DNA of 58,238 bases from an uncultured Verrucomicrobiales bacterium (GTDB lineage: Bacteria; Verrucomicrobiota; Verrucomicrobiia; Verrucomicrobiales; DEV007), in the NCBI GenBank assembly GCA_938091905.1, contig CALKOM010000128.1, forward strand, positions 1-58,238, given 5' to 3'. Under the pieces are notes generated by a model. It worked only from the letters and a program-made list of their open reading frames with translations. It did not search any database and was not told the DNA's origin. This document shows positions 29,003-38,291 of the stretch, piece after piece. Position 1 is the first letter of the stretch; the number at the start of each line of letters is the position of its first letter. A program made the position numbers and the translations under genes.

Positions 29003-31348
29003 TTGAGTCAATATCAGCTGCCTACTATCTTAGTCGTTGAGAATGAGCCGGACCCGTCTCGACGCCTAGAAGTGAGCCTCGACCGTATTGGTTTTGAGGG
29101 CGTAAGCGTGACGTCCGGTGAACAGGCCCTCGCCTGGCTCGATGATCAGAACCTTGGGGATAGGAAACCGATCCTAGCCCTGGTGGATCTCCATCTCGAA
29201 GGTAGGCTCAGCGGGGTAACTCTCGGCCAACGGCTGGGGTCCATTTATCAGGTCCCCTTCTTCTTCCTCGCTCGGCAAGCCAGTGAGATTCAAAACCAGC
29301 GTGTCCTTCGATCACAGCCTTTTGGCTACCTCATCCTCCCCTGCGAAGACGATGAACTCAGGTCCACGCTGACTCTCGCCAATGAGGCGCTAGGCGAGCG
29401 CGAGCGCGAGAAGGCTATCAAGAACCCTGTGGTCACGCCAACGACCGATGAAGAGGCCATTCTCGTGACCGACCTCATGGGCCACATTACTTACCTCAAT
29501 CCCCTGGGCGAAGAGCTCACGGGTTGGCAGCTCGCTGAAGCGCGTGGTCAGAATTACCAGGAAATCTTCCGAATCATCGACGAGAAGGGGCGGCCCCAGC
29601 CTCATGAACCCTTCAGTGGTACAGGCAAGTGTCCGGAAGCAACTGTCTGGTTACTTCCAAAGGAAGGTGCCCCTCGCCTCCTTGATGAGCGTTCCTCAAC
29701 CCTAACAGACGCACATGGCAGCCTCGCGGGACTCTTCATCGCCTTCGGTCCTCACAAGACCTCTCAGGACGTCCCTACTCAAGTCACGCTATCAGAATCT
29801 CCGGCCTACGAAGAACACGGGTCAGAACAGCGCATGGCCGCTGTTGTTGAAGCGATCAGCGACCCCCTCTTCGCCATGGATAATTCATGGAATGTCACCT
29901 ACGTCAATCAGAAGGCGGAAGAGCATTTAGGACGCCCTAGCAAAGCCTTACTAGGGCGAAACTTCTGGAACGAGTTTCCTGAATCTGTCCACGCCAAATA
30001 TTATCACGAATACTACAAAGCCGCCAGCTCCCAAGAGCCACGCGACTTTGAGTTTTATCACGAAATCCAAGGGCGTTGGATTGAAGTGCACGCCTACCCA
30101 TTCACGAAAGGTCTGTTAGTGTTCATTCGCGATATCACCGCCAGACGCCGCGCCCAAGAAAGAGCCAGCAAACTTGAGAAGCTCGAGAGCCTAGGCCTCC
30201 TCGCCCGCGGCTTTGCTCACGACTTCAATAACTTACTCACGGTCTTGCTAGGCAATGTGTCGCTTGCTCGCTATTCGCTGCCCGGTGAGCAGGGCTACTA
30301 CCAATCCCTGGACGCTGCGAAACAGGCGACCGAACAGGCACGCAACCTCGTTCAACAATTGCTCACCTTTGCCAAAGGCGGCGTCCCCATCACGGACAGT
30401 GTCGATCTCAATTCTGAGATCATTGGCGAAATCATGCGCCATCGCAACCGGCAGGCCCACATCGATTATCAATTCGAGCACACTAAAGAGACCGTCTATG
30501 TCGAAGCGGACCACGAACAGCTTGAGCGTTTGCTAGAAAACCTCATGGAGAATGCTGAACAGGCCATGCTAGGCGGCGGCACCTTGCGGATTACTAGCAA
30601 GACACTTACAGCGACCGATCCGATGCGTCGTGAGCTCTCGGCCAATCTCGATGCCCACACCGAGTATGTCATGCTTGAAGTCCACGACACAGGCGAAGGG
30701 ATTGCTCAAGCCAACATCGACAAGATCTTTGAGCCCTACTTCAGCACCCGGACCGACGCCAACGCCACCGGCCTCGGACTAACAGTCTGCGATTCTATCG
30801 CTCGTTCCCACAAAGGCTTTCTTACCATCGACTCGCGGCCTGGCAACCATACCACCGCGCGCCTCTTCCTCCCGACCTGCCGCCAACAGTGGCAAGCCCT
30901 ACAGGAGGAAACATCTGAGATCACTCTGAAACGTCAGCGGCCTGTCAATGACCCTCCTCGTGTTCTCATCTTAGACGATGAGCGCCCAATTCGACTTATC
31001 ATGAGCATCTCTCTAAAGAAGGATGGCTACGAAGTGGTCGAGACCGAGGAAGGAAGCCAAACGGTAGAAGCCTATCAGACAGCCCTCACCCAAGGACAAG
31101 GGTTTGACCTCGTCATCACGGACCTCTCCATTCCAAACGGCATGGGAGGGGCTGAAGCCATGCAGCAAATCCGCTTTGCTGATCCCGATGTAGTCGCTGT
31201 CGTTTCTAGTGGTTACTCCGATGACCCGGTCATGGCCAACTATACGCAGTTCGGATTCTCAGCGGTCCTACCCAAACCGTACAAACCTTCCACGCTACGC
31301 AAGCTCGCGCATCGCCTCATCAAGGGCGAACAACTCGCGATCGACTAA
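29003..31348 (+). CDS. Hybrid histidine kinase REC-PAS-PAS-HisKA-HATPase-REC
   Basis: GFAHDFNNLL, NLMENA, HDTGEGI, FEPYFST and TGLGL; canonical C-terminal REC (LDDE, TDLSIP, PKPY). Confidence 0.93.
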   Translation: MSQYQLPTILVVENEPDPSRRLEVSLDRIGFEGVSVTSGEQALAWLDDQNLGDRKPILALVDLHLEGRLSGVTLGQRLGSIYQVPFFFLARQASEIQNQRVLRSQPFGYLILPCEDDELRSTLTLANEALGEREREKAIKNPVVTPTTDEEAILVTDLMGHITYLNPLGEELTGWQLAEARGQNYQEIFRIIDEKGRPQPHEPFSGTGKCPEATVWLLPKEGAPRLLDERSSTLTDAHGSLAGLFIAFGPHKTSQDVPTQVTLSESPAYEEHGSEQRMAAVVEAISDPLFAMDNSWNVTYVNQKAEEHLGRPSKALLGRNFWNEFPESVHAKYYHEYYKAASSQEPRDFEFYHEIQGRWIEVHAYPFTKGLLVFIRDITARRRAQERASKLEKLESLGLLARGFAHDFNNLLTVLLGNVSLARYSLPGEQGYYQSLDAAKQATEQARNLVQQLLTFAKGGVPITDSVDLNSEIIGEIMRHRNRQAHIDYQFEHTKETVYVEADHEQLERLLENLMENAEQAMLGGGTLRITSKTLTATDPMRRELSANLDAHTEYVMLEVHDTGEGIAQANIDKIFEPYFSTRTDANATGLGLTVCDSIARSHKGFLTIDSRPGNHTTARLFLPTCRQQWQALQEETSEITLKRQRPVNDPPRVLILDDERPIRLIMSISLKKDGYEVVETEEGSQTVEAYQTALTQGQGFDLVITDLSIPNGMGGAEAMQQIRFADPDVVAVVSSGYSDDPVMANYTQFGFSAVLPKPYKPSTLRKLAHRLIKGEQLAID

Positions 31349-31383
31349 CGCATCCGTCCGTTAAACTGATTCCGGTAAGAGAT

Positions 31384-31438
31384 GAACCACGGAATATGCA
31401 GAAAACACGAAAGGCTCTTTCCGGGTTCTCCGTGGTTC
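31384..31438. repeat. REP-like imperfect palindrome (GAACCACGGA...TCCGTGGTTC), possibly a terminator
   Basis: 10-bp perfect outer arms ~35 bp after the kinase stop, followed by TTT. Confidence 0.55.
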
Positions 31439-31529
31439 TTTCAATCGTCTCTTTCGCCATGTTGCCAATAGGCCTTCTTCTCGATTAACTCTAACATCAG
31501 CCGAATCTCTCACATTTGGCCTAATCCCG

Positions 31530-32080
31530 CCGCTAAGGCAGGACCGAGATTTGAGGATCTTGCGGTTCCTTTGAAAGCGACGCGAGTACGCGCAGTTGCC
31601 TCTGCGCAGAGAAATGACATTGTAGAAGATGCACGGCCATGCGACGAAGATAGTCGTCTTCTTCTGTTAGAAACGCGTTCACGGCTCCTTGGGCCTCTTG
31701 AGACCAAGCTATTTGGAGCGCTGCCACCTCCGCGCGCACATGTCCAGTTCTCGTCCTTAGAGATGCCTTAACCGTTCCGGAACAGCGACCATGCCTAACC
31801 ATCGCAAACGTTCGTTGACAAAGGCCTGATGCTCACTTTTGCCAATCTTCGTCAGCACTTCATCGACGATTCTCATCGTGGAGATCGGTTGCAGCCAGCC
31901 ATCCACGTCAGCTCGGGGCGCCGTGCCAGTCGTGCCATCACTTCAGAGGATGGCAACCTTATCACCGTTCTTTCCTAGCGCTTTAACAAAAGTGCTATCT
32001 TTGATTCGCGCCTACTCAGCGTCGGACTCTACTAGAAGGGCCGCAAACACCAGGACAAGAATCTGTCTTACAATCCACAT
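31530..32080 (-). pseudogene. Remnant of a secreted, possibly HEAT-like helical protein
   Basis: The minus strand reads MWIVRQILVLVFAALLVESDAE*ARIKDSTFVKALGKNGDKVAIL*SDGTT... and, after a frameshift, ...FLTEEDDYLRRMAVHLL. A signal peptide with in-frame stops. Confidence 0.45.
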
Positions 32081-32229
32081 GACGGTAATTCTTTAGCTGA
32101 AGACGGCGCAACCGTCGCGCACTTTCAATTTGATTCTTTTAGGGAGCTGGCCAAATTTAAGACTCGTCATCGCGACGTCCGCTTGCGTATCAACTGATAA
32201 TGGTGAACAGCTAGCGATCCTCTCAAAGC

Positions 32230-33162
32230 ATGGCTCACTCCACCAACTCTCCCCTTACTCTCGTTGTCCTCGCCGCTGGCATGGGCAGCCGTTACGGAGG
32301 TCTCAAACAGCTTGATCCCGTGGGTCCTCACGGAGAGTTCATTCTCGACTACTCGGTTTACGATGCCCTTGAGGCGGGGGTCGAGCAGGTGGTCTTTGTC
32401 ATCCGAAAGGACTTCGAATCCGCCTTTCGAAATTCTCTAGGCAAGCGTTTCGAAAACCGTCTCTCGGTAGACTATGCTTTCCAGAGTCTCGATGCGATTC
32501 CTGATGGTTGCCAAGTGCCTAGCGGACGTACCAAGCCTTGGGGAACAGGCCACGCTGTGCTGACGGCCAAGAATGTGGTCGACACGCCGTTCATGGTCAT
32601 CAATGCAGACGATTTTTATGGAAGAAGCAGCTACGGCATACTCGCAGACTACCTCAGAGAGTCGGCTGCTGGCCCGAGCGCTATCGACCCGTACAGCATG
32701 GTCGGATTTCCACTCAAGAACACCCTTTCCGAGAACGGCACGGTAGCCAGAGGACTCTGTCAGTGCAGTGATGACATGTTCTTAAAGTCTGTTCAGGAAA
32801 TCACGGACATTCGTAAGACAACATCCGGCGCCGCCTACGAAGATGCTAGTAGAGTCACAGTAGAATTGACTGGCAACGAGCGCGTATCCATGAACATGTG
32901 GGGATTCCTTCCGACTTTCTTCCCTCTATTGGAAGAACGCTTCCGAAACTTCATGACCAGTCATGGAGGCTCGGAGAAGGCCGAGTTTTACATCCCCTTC
33001 GCTGTGGATGAACTCATTCAAGCACAACGTGCTACTGCCCGTGTGCTCACGACCGAAAGTTCCTGGTTCGGTGTCACCTATCAAGACGACAAACCGATCG
33101 TGGTCGAGGCTCTGCAACAGCTCGCCGAGCAAGGCACTTACCCATCGCCACTCTGGAGTTAG
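32230..33162 (+). CDS. Sugar-phosphate nucleotidyltransferase (NTP_transferase family)
   Basis: LAAGMGSRYGGLKQ, KPWGTGHAVL, VINADDFYG, VSMNMWGF and WFGVTY. Confidence 0.88.
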   Translation: MAHSTNSPLTLVVLAAGMGSRYGGLKQLDPVGPHGEFILDYSVYDALEAGVEQVVFVIRKDFESAFRNSLGKRFENRLSVDYAFQSLDAIPDGCQVPSGRTKPWGTGHAVLTAKNVVDTPFMVINADDFYGRSSYGILADYLRESAAGPSAIDPYSMVGFPLKNTLSENGTVARGLCQCSDDMFLKSVQEITDIRKTTSGAAYEDASRVTVELTGNERVSMNMWGFLPTFFPLLEERFRNFMTSHGGSEKAEFYIPFAVDELIQAQRATARVLTTESSWFGVTYQDDKPIVVEALQQLAEQGTYPSPLWS

Positions 33163-33200
33163 GGCCAACGAGGAATCCACTTGAGAAGTTGAAAAGCGGT

Positions 33201-33216
33201 CACAGTCATGACTGTG
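33201..33216. promoter_or_regulatory. Perfect 16-bp palindrome CACAGTCATGACTGTG upstream of the decayed TA pair (candidate operator)
   Basis: Palindrome read directly, 7 bp before the GTG at 33224; the regulatory role is inferred. Confidence 0.4.
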
Positions 33217-33223
33217 TTCGATT

Positions 33224-33483
33224 GTGGAATCTGAAGCAGAAGCACTGCAAGACGACATCTACCGCGAAAGGTGGCACGCGCCCAGGAGGTGTCTATTGGG
33301 GAACGCCTGGCGGGTGTTTTTAAATGCTCCGACCTGGGTTTGGAGATGATGTTTGGCCAGATTAAGGCTACCCACTCGTCGAATTCATATAAGGAAGTTG
33401 GGACCAAAGCTAGAGTCCGAATAGACCGTGTGCGCAGACTGTGTGACCACTCGATCTACCGGACCACTAGTATTGAGGAGTGA
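33224..33483 (+). pseudogene. Small putative antitoxin (Rv0078B/MenA1-like), frameshifted
   Basis: GTG-ESEAEALQDDIYRE then, after a 1-nt loss at ~33268, VARAQEVSIGERL...RVRIDRVRRL; its stop overlaps the toxin ATG (TGATG). Confidence 0.5.
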
Positions 33484-34030
33484 TGACAGGAGCTCTCGCC
33501 AAGCTCGTTGTCGGGGTGATTAAAAACGAAAAGATCGACTACATGTTAGGTGGTGCGTATTCTAGCGGCGCCTACGCCATTTCCCGTGGCACAAAGGATG
33601 TCGATATCGTCGTCTCTCTTGAATCACCGAACAAGATTGACGGTCTGGTGGCTCGACTAGATCCAGACTTGGAATTTGACCGACAAGTCACTTTCGAGAC
33701 AAACACAGGATCTAAACGCTACATCTTCAAGGCTCGAAAGAATCGCTCGATCATGTTCGAACTGTTTCTTGTCGGATCTGAGGCCTACGCACTCGAACGA
33801 TTCCGCCGACGTAAACGTGTTTTTTTAGCAACCTTGAATCGGGAAATTTGAATACCATCGGCAGCGGATGTTGTGGTATAGAAACGGCGTTGGACGGGGC
33901 CAAAAGATTAAGTATCCGTCAGGGAAATCATTGCCGCGCAGACAGTCGACAGACCTAAATCAAGCACGGGTGTGGTGAGCACGGGTGTCTGAAGCATCTG
34001 AGGACAATCCTAGGCAAATCTAGAACTGGG
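33483..34030 (+). pseudogene. Nucleotidyltransferase toxin-like gene (MenT/AbiEii-like), with several in-frame stops
   Basis: YMLGGAYSSGAYAISRGTKDVDIVV (G...RxTxDxD). The frame continues past 33851 as EI*IPSAADVVV*KRRWTGPKD*VSVREIIAAQ, matching the expected 'PTAEDV..QKL.W.R.KD' region. The end is approximate. Confidence 0.7.
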
Positions 34031-34061
34031 TCTCCACGTTCGTCGGTTTCCTCGCCCAAAC

Positions 34062-35906
34062 TCACTCAATTTCTAACAGAAGCTTTTTACCAGACAGTCG
34101 CTGGTAGATTTCGCCGGTGATGAGAAAGACTTCATTGTCCTTGCCATCCCGAATCCCGTAGTAGAAAGCACTCGCATTCGGACTGATAGGGGCAAAGCGA
34201 AGGGTGGCCGTTTCATATTCTTGCTCGCCTTCCCCCTTCGTCGCTGGCTCACTCTTGACCGTGACAACGAGCGAGGACGTTGCCAACACGGCTTTCGCTT
34301 CTTGGGCGTCAGGTAGCCAGCCGTCAGCGTTGAATGCCCCTAGGCTAAAAATGAGCTGCGCCGCGACGTGCTTGTCCATATCAGCGGTGCGGTCTTGCCC
34401 ATCGCGCAGAACTCGCAGTCGATCTTCTGGGAGTTCTGCCTTGAAGTCGACTTCGACTTGCAACGGAGGTTTGCCGTTAAGTCCCAGAGTCACTTCACGT
34501 ATCCGATCAAACGGGACATTGAGAATCTCTAGGCTCTTCCAATTGAGCGGCTCTGAGGAATGTGCGAGCCCCGTGAGAAAGGTCCGATCGACTGCAGCAA
34601 TGGCGTCCATGCCCTCAACACTGACAAAAACCTGAGGCGACGACGGTGGCATGCCGACGCGCAATAGACAGCTCTCTCCCTGCGCCGGCCCAAGATTCTC
34701 GCCTTCAAACATCACCGTAAAGGCGGGATCATCAAGCCCATAGAGGGCGTCATTGTCGGGACCACTTTCCAGGTAGAGATCGACTTCGGTCTCATTGAAG
34801 AGCGCTAAGAAACGGTCGCCCTCCTCTTGATTAACTAGTACGGCACCTTCTGGACCAGGCATCAGCCAGGCACCTTGATTCTCTACCCCCAAGGACGCTT
34901 CCCTTCCACGGCGAGTTAGAGTGACCTTCGAAACATCCGCAGCAAGCACTCGCAGGATACGACGCTCTCGGAGCGCCTTGGCATCGATGGGAAACGCATC
35001 CAAGACAGTCTTCGAGACGTCATAGGTGAGCGGTCGTTTCGAATGACGCACCTTGAGCAAACTGTCATCGGTCGGGTGAGGATAAAAATTCAGTTCAAAG
35101 GCATTCTCCGGTGCCACGTCTGCGATCTTGACGGTATGACTTGGCTCTACCGGAATCTCTTCCTCCGCAGGAAGTGCCCCACTCGTTCCCGTGATGGTAG
35201 AGAGTCCACTGAGCAGACTATCGACGACATCGTCATCGGCTTGGAATTTGTTAGGTTCTTCTAAACGCCATCGACTACCGGGTGTGGCGTTGCGGCTGAG
35301 CGAAACGGTCTCATTGCGATGTTGAAAGGTCAGACCTGTGATTCGTTCGATAGCGAAACGGGCAAGAATGGGATCGACCATCTCGATGACCGGCTTCTCG
35401 ACAATCTTTCGAAAGTCTCCTGCCACGACAAAGGCACCTTCATACGCATCGACGCCCCCAGGAAAGAGATAGGCTGATTTCTCAAATGGTCCAGGATCGC
35501 CAATCTGATAGACAATCGGTTCACCCTGCGCAAATCCCACGGTGAGCGCAATACTTCGCTCGGGCGTCAGCCCATAGCCTTCTCGCTGACTGCCCGAATC
35601 ATCACGAAGAAACTCTTTGGGATGCATGCTTCCAAGGGTCTCCATAATCGTCTCGATCCAATCAGGGTCGACTGCATCCTCTACTGGAGACGTCAGCATC
35701 CACCGACCAACGCGTTTCTCTAACGTCCGCGTCTCAGAGGGATCGACAATCGTTAGGCTTGTAATCGCAGGAACGGCTGGCCCTTCAAACAATGGAGCTG
35801 GTCGCTCACCAAAGAATTGCTTCAGAGTCCCCGAATGGTCAAGATAGGCATAAAGTCCCAGCCCGAATGTGGTGACGGCAAGCGTGATCGTGGTAGCGAG
35901 CTTCAT
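34062..35906 (-). CDS. DUF4340-like membrane-anchored protein (ABC accessory)
   Basis: N-terminal TM anchor; repeated W.L..P...AD and YGL..P units; last gene of the GldA/F/G-like operon. Confidence 0.75.
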   Translation of the reverse strand: MKLATTITLAVTTFGLGLYAYLDHSGTLKQFFGERPAPLFEGPAVPAITSLTIVDPSETRTLEKRVGRWMLTSPVEDAVDPDWIETIMETLGSMHPKEFLRDDSGSQREGYGLTPERSIALTVGFAQGEPIVYQIGDPGPFEKSAYLFPGGVDAYEGAFVVAGDFRKIVEKPVIEMVDPILARFAIERITGLTFQHRNETVSLSRNATPGSRWRLEEPNKFQADDDVVDSLLSGLSTITGTSGALPAEEEIPVEPSHTVKIADVAPENAFELNFYPHPTDDSLLKVRHSKRPLTYDVSKTVLDAFPIDAKALRERRILRVLAADVSKVTLTRRGREASLGVENQGAWLMPGPEGAVLVNQEEGDRFLALFNETEVDLYLESGPDNDALYGLDDPAFTVMFEGENLGPAQGESCLLRVGMPPSSPQVFVSVEGMDAIAAVDRTFLTGLAHSSEPLNWKSLEILNVPFDRIREVTLGLNGKPPLQVEVDFKAELPEDRLRVLRDGQDRTADMDKHVAAQLIFSLGAFNADGWLPDAQEAKAVLATSSLVVTVKSEPATKGEGEQEYETATLRFAPISPNASAFYYGIRDGKDNEVFLITGEIYQRLSGKKLLLEIE

Positions 35907-35933
35907 GAAAGGGCAGGGAATTAATTAGGCTAC

Positions 35934-37499
35934 CTAGCGCCGTCGGAAGAAAGCAACGACCAAGCCGATGAGAAAGGCGAGACCAGGGACATAGCGCAAG
36001 GACATGCGCTCAAGCTTTTTAAACGGACGCTCACCGACTTCGACTCGGAAATCACCCGCTCCTTGGGAGCCAATACCGACGACGAGTTCCTCTCGATCTG
36101 TAGCCCAGTTGATGCTGTTCAGCATGAACTCCGCGGACTCCTGCGTCGGAGACGGGTCCATGAAATTTCCATTCCCAACGACGACCATGCGCGAGCTGTT
36201 TAGGCGGAGATCTTGGTTGATACCAGCACCACGCTCGACTGAGACCGCGACATTCACATCCATCTTTTCTCGAGGGTCGGAAACAGGATTCTGATCTCGG
36301 AAGTTTCGCTCTTTCCAGAAGTCGTTGTAGGCAATGAGAAGCGGCTTCTTATCGGCCGAGCTTGGCGACATTGGGTCGTCTCCTGCACCAGCAACATTGA
36401 TATTGATAGAACTCGTCTGCCCAGGAAGTGTGGTCGTCCGTCCGAAGAGCGATTCGGTAACCGGTGATTCTGGCATATAAACACTTTCAACCTCGGATAC
36501 TTTGATGGTCCGCCCCCCACGTACGCGCATGGCCAAGATGCGATCATTCTCAACCCGCACTCCATAATTCTTCTCCAAATATCCGATCAAGTTTGGAAGC
36601 GCTCGATACTTCAATGGATCAATAAGGACAATGAGCCCACCTTTGCGCTCCTCCCAGTAATCACGAAAGAGCTGCTTTAGTTCAGCACCAGTGAAATCGA
36701 CGCTCGGAGCTAGCAGGATGACGACACTAGCATCTTCAGGAACCGTTGTGTTTGGCGTGATTGTAAATGGTTTCACGAGGAGATTCTGCTTTATGGCAGC
36801 GATATCACGAATCTCCATGGCAGCATCTCGTCCGCTGATGGACTGCGGGAATCCCTTGCTCGCGACAATGTAAGCTACCTCCTTCTTCTCCTCTATTGCG
36901 GCCACGATGGCCGACGTTAAAGCACTTTCTATTCGATAGTTGAGGATCTTGCCAGGGCGCGGAGTGGCATTGCGAAACATGACGGTCTTACCACGCTGAA
37001 ACATGTCCTTCTCAGTCACCATCTCATAGGTGCTGACTTCTTTGCCATCCCCGTTTGTCCCGTTCAGCTTTTCGCTCTTAGAAATGAGGATCTTGTTCTG
37101 CTCAAAGATGAGCTTGGGATCTTGGTTCCGCAACTCGGCAATAGCCGCAGGATCTCGCAATGGATCTACCCAGCGAACCTTGAGACGTCCATTGGCCGCT
37201 TGTTCGTACAATCCGATGATGCGTTGGGTATAAGGGTAGACGTCGCTTCCCCGTCCAAACGCCATGGTTAGATAGAGATCCTCCGATAGATCCGACAACA
37301 CTTGCGTGGTCTGGGGCCCCAACGAGTAACGCTTGCTTGCACTACGATCCCACTGAGCATACTTCTGGCAGCTAAGCCAATTGACCAAGGCCACGATAAC
37401 CACCGCCAAGGTGATCTGCACGAGTACGTTGAGCCCAATACGGAAACGCCGGATCGAGGACTGGGGCTTGGGGAAAGTGCTTTCTGGATCGTCTGCCAT
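35934..37499 (-). CDS. GldG-like ABC auxiliary component
   Basis: N-TM, WDRSASKRYSLGPQT..VL, VDP, ESALTSAI, GGLIVLIDP, RMVVVGNGNF, LNSINWA and C-TM ending FFRRR. Confidence 0.82.
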   Translation of the reverse strand: MADDPESTFPKPQSSIRRFRIGLNVLVQITLAVVIVALVNWLSCQKYAQWDRSASKRYSLGPQTTQVLSDLSEDLYLTMAFGRGSDVYPYTQRIIGLYEQAANGRLKVRWVDPLRDPAAIAELRNQDPKLIFEQNKILISKSEKLNGTNGDGKEVSTYEMVTEKDMFQRGKTVMFRNATPRPGKILNYRIESALTSAIVAAIEEKKEVAYIVASKGFPQSISGRDAAMEIRDIAAIKQNLLVKPFTITPNTTVPEDASVVILLAPSVDFTGAELKQLFRDYWEERKGGLIVLIDPLKYRALPNLIGYLEKNYGVRVENDRILAMRVRGGRTIKVSEVESVYMPESPVTESLFGRTTTLPGQTSSININVAGAGDDPMSPSSADKKPLLIAYNDFWKERNFRDQNPVSDPREKMDVNVAVSVERGAGINQDLRLNSSRMVVVGNGNFMDPSPTQESAEFMLNSINWATDREELVVGIGSQGAGDFRVEVGERPFKKLERMSLRYVPGLAFLIGLVVAFFRRR

Positions 37500-37504
37500 C
37501 GTGT

Positions 37505-38275
37505 CTAGATTTTCCACTTCCGGTAATCGAGCACCTGATGAGTCAATGCCAGGGTTAATCCTGCAAAACTCACATAATAAACCACGGGTCGCGTGTCGAA
37601 GAATCCCGCGGACCAGTCACGCATGTGCTCGATCGGTGAGATGTATTCAAGAAACTCTACCGTGATCTGTGGGAGGTCATTAAACTGTACCCGGAGTAAA
37701 CCGAGGAAGAAGTAGATTAGGAGCACCGTAAACGAGATGACTGCAGCAATGATCTGATTTGAAGTCAGCGCCGAGGCAAGACAGCCGACCGCTACAAAGA
37801 ACAGACCGATGAGGAAGATCATCGTATAGCCACCGTAAAAGGAAGGCGAGCTAAAAGCGGTAGCTCCTCCGAAGGCTGAGGCACCCACAGTCTTCTCAAA
37901 GTAGACCATGTAAAACATGTAAGGGAGGTAGAGTACCATGTAGAAGAACAAGGCGGCAACATACTTAGAAAAGATCACCTGCCAACTTTGCACAGGTGCC
38001 GTCAGCAGGGGCTCCAGCGTACCTAACTTCTGCTCCTCCGAGAAAAGTCGCATTGTGATGAGAGGGATGATGAGCAGAAGCACAAGCCAGAACTGGTTGT
38101 TCAACAGCATGACTTGGTTCAGTGCCATGGGAACGCTATCACTCTTCAAAGCTTTGACGAACTTTAGGAAGATAACGCCGTGTAACAAAGACACGGCAGC
38201 AATAACGATGTAGGCGACAATCGACTGAAAGTAGGCTTTGATTTCCCGGCTGAAAAGAATGAGGAACGTCCGCAT
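37505..38275 (-). CDS. ABC-2 permease, GldF-like
   Basis: REIKAYFQSIVAY, PLITMRLFSEEQKLGTLEPLLTAPV, SALTSNQIIAA and GFFDTRPVVYY. Confidence 0.9.
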   Translation of the reverse strand: MRTFLILFSREIKAYFQSIVAYIVIAAVSLLHGVIFLKFVKALKSDSVPMALNQVMLLNNQFWLVLLLIIPLITMRLFSEEQKLGTLEPLLTAPVQSWQVIFSKYVAALFFYMVLYLPYMFYMVYFEKTVGASAFGGATAFSSPSFYGGYTMIFLIGLFFVAVGCLASALTSNQIIAAVISFTVLLIYFFLGLLRVQFNDLPQITVEFLEYISPIEHMRDWSAGFFDTRPVVYYVSFAGLTLALTHQVLDYRKWKI

Positions 38276-38291
38276 GGGTGAATGTCAGTGC

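Noticed and set aside
33964..33985. Direct repeat AGCACGGGTGT x2 as a target-site duplication
   Set aside because: It lies within the decayed toxin C-terminus (KHGCGEHGC) with only 4 bp between copies and no element in between.
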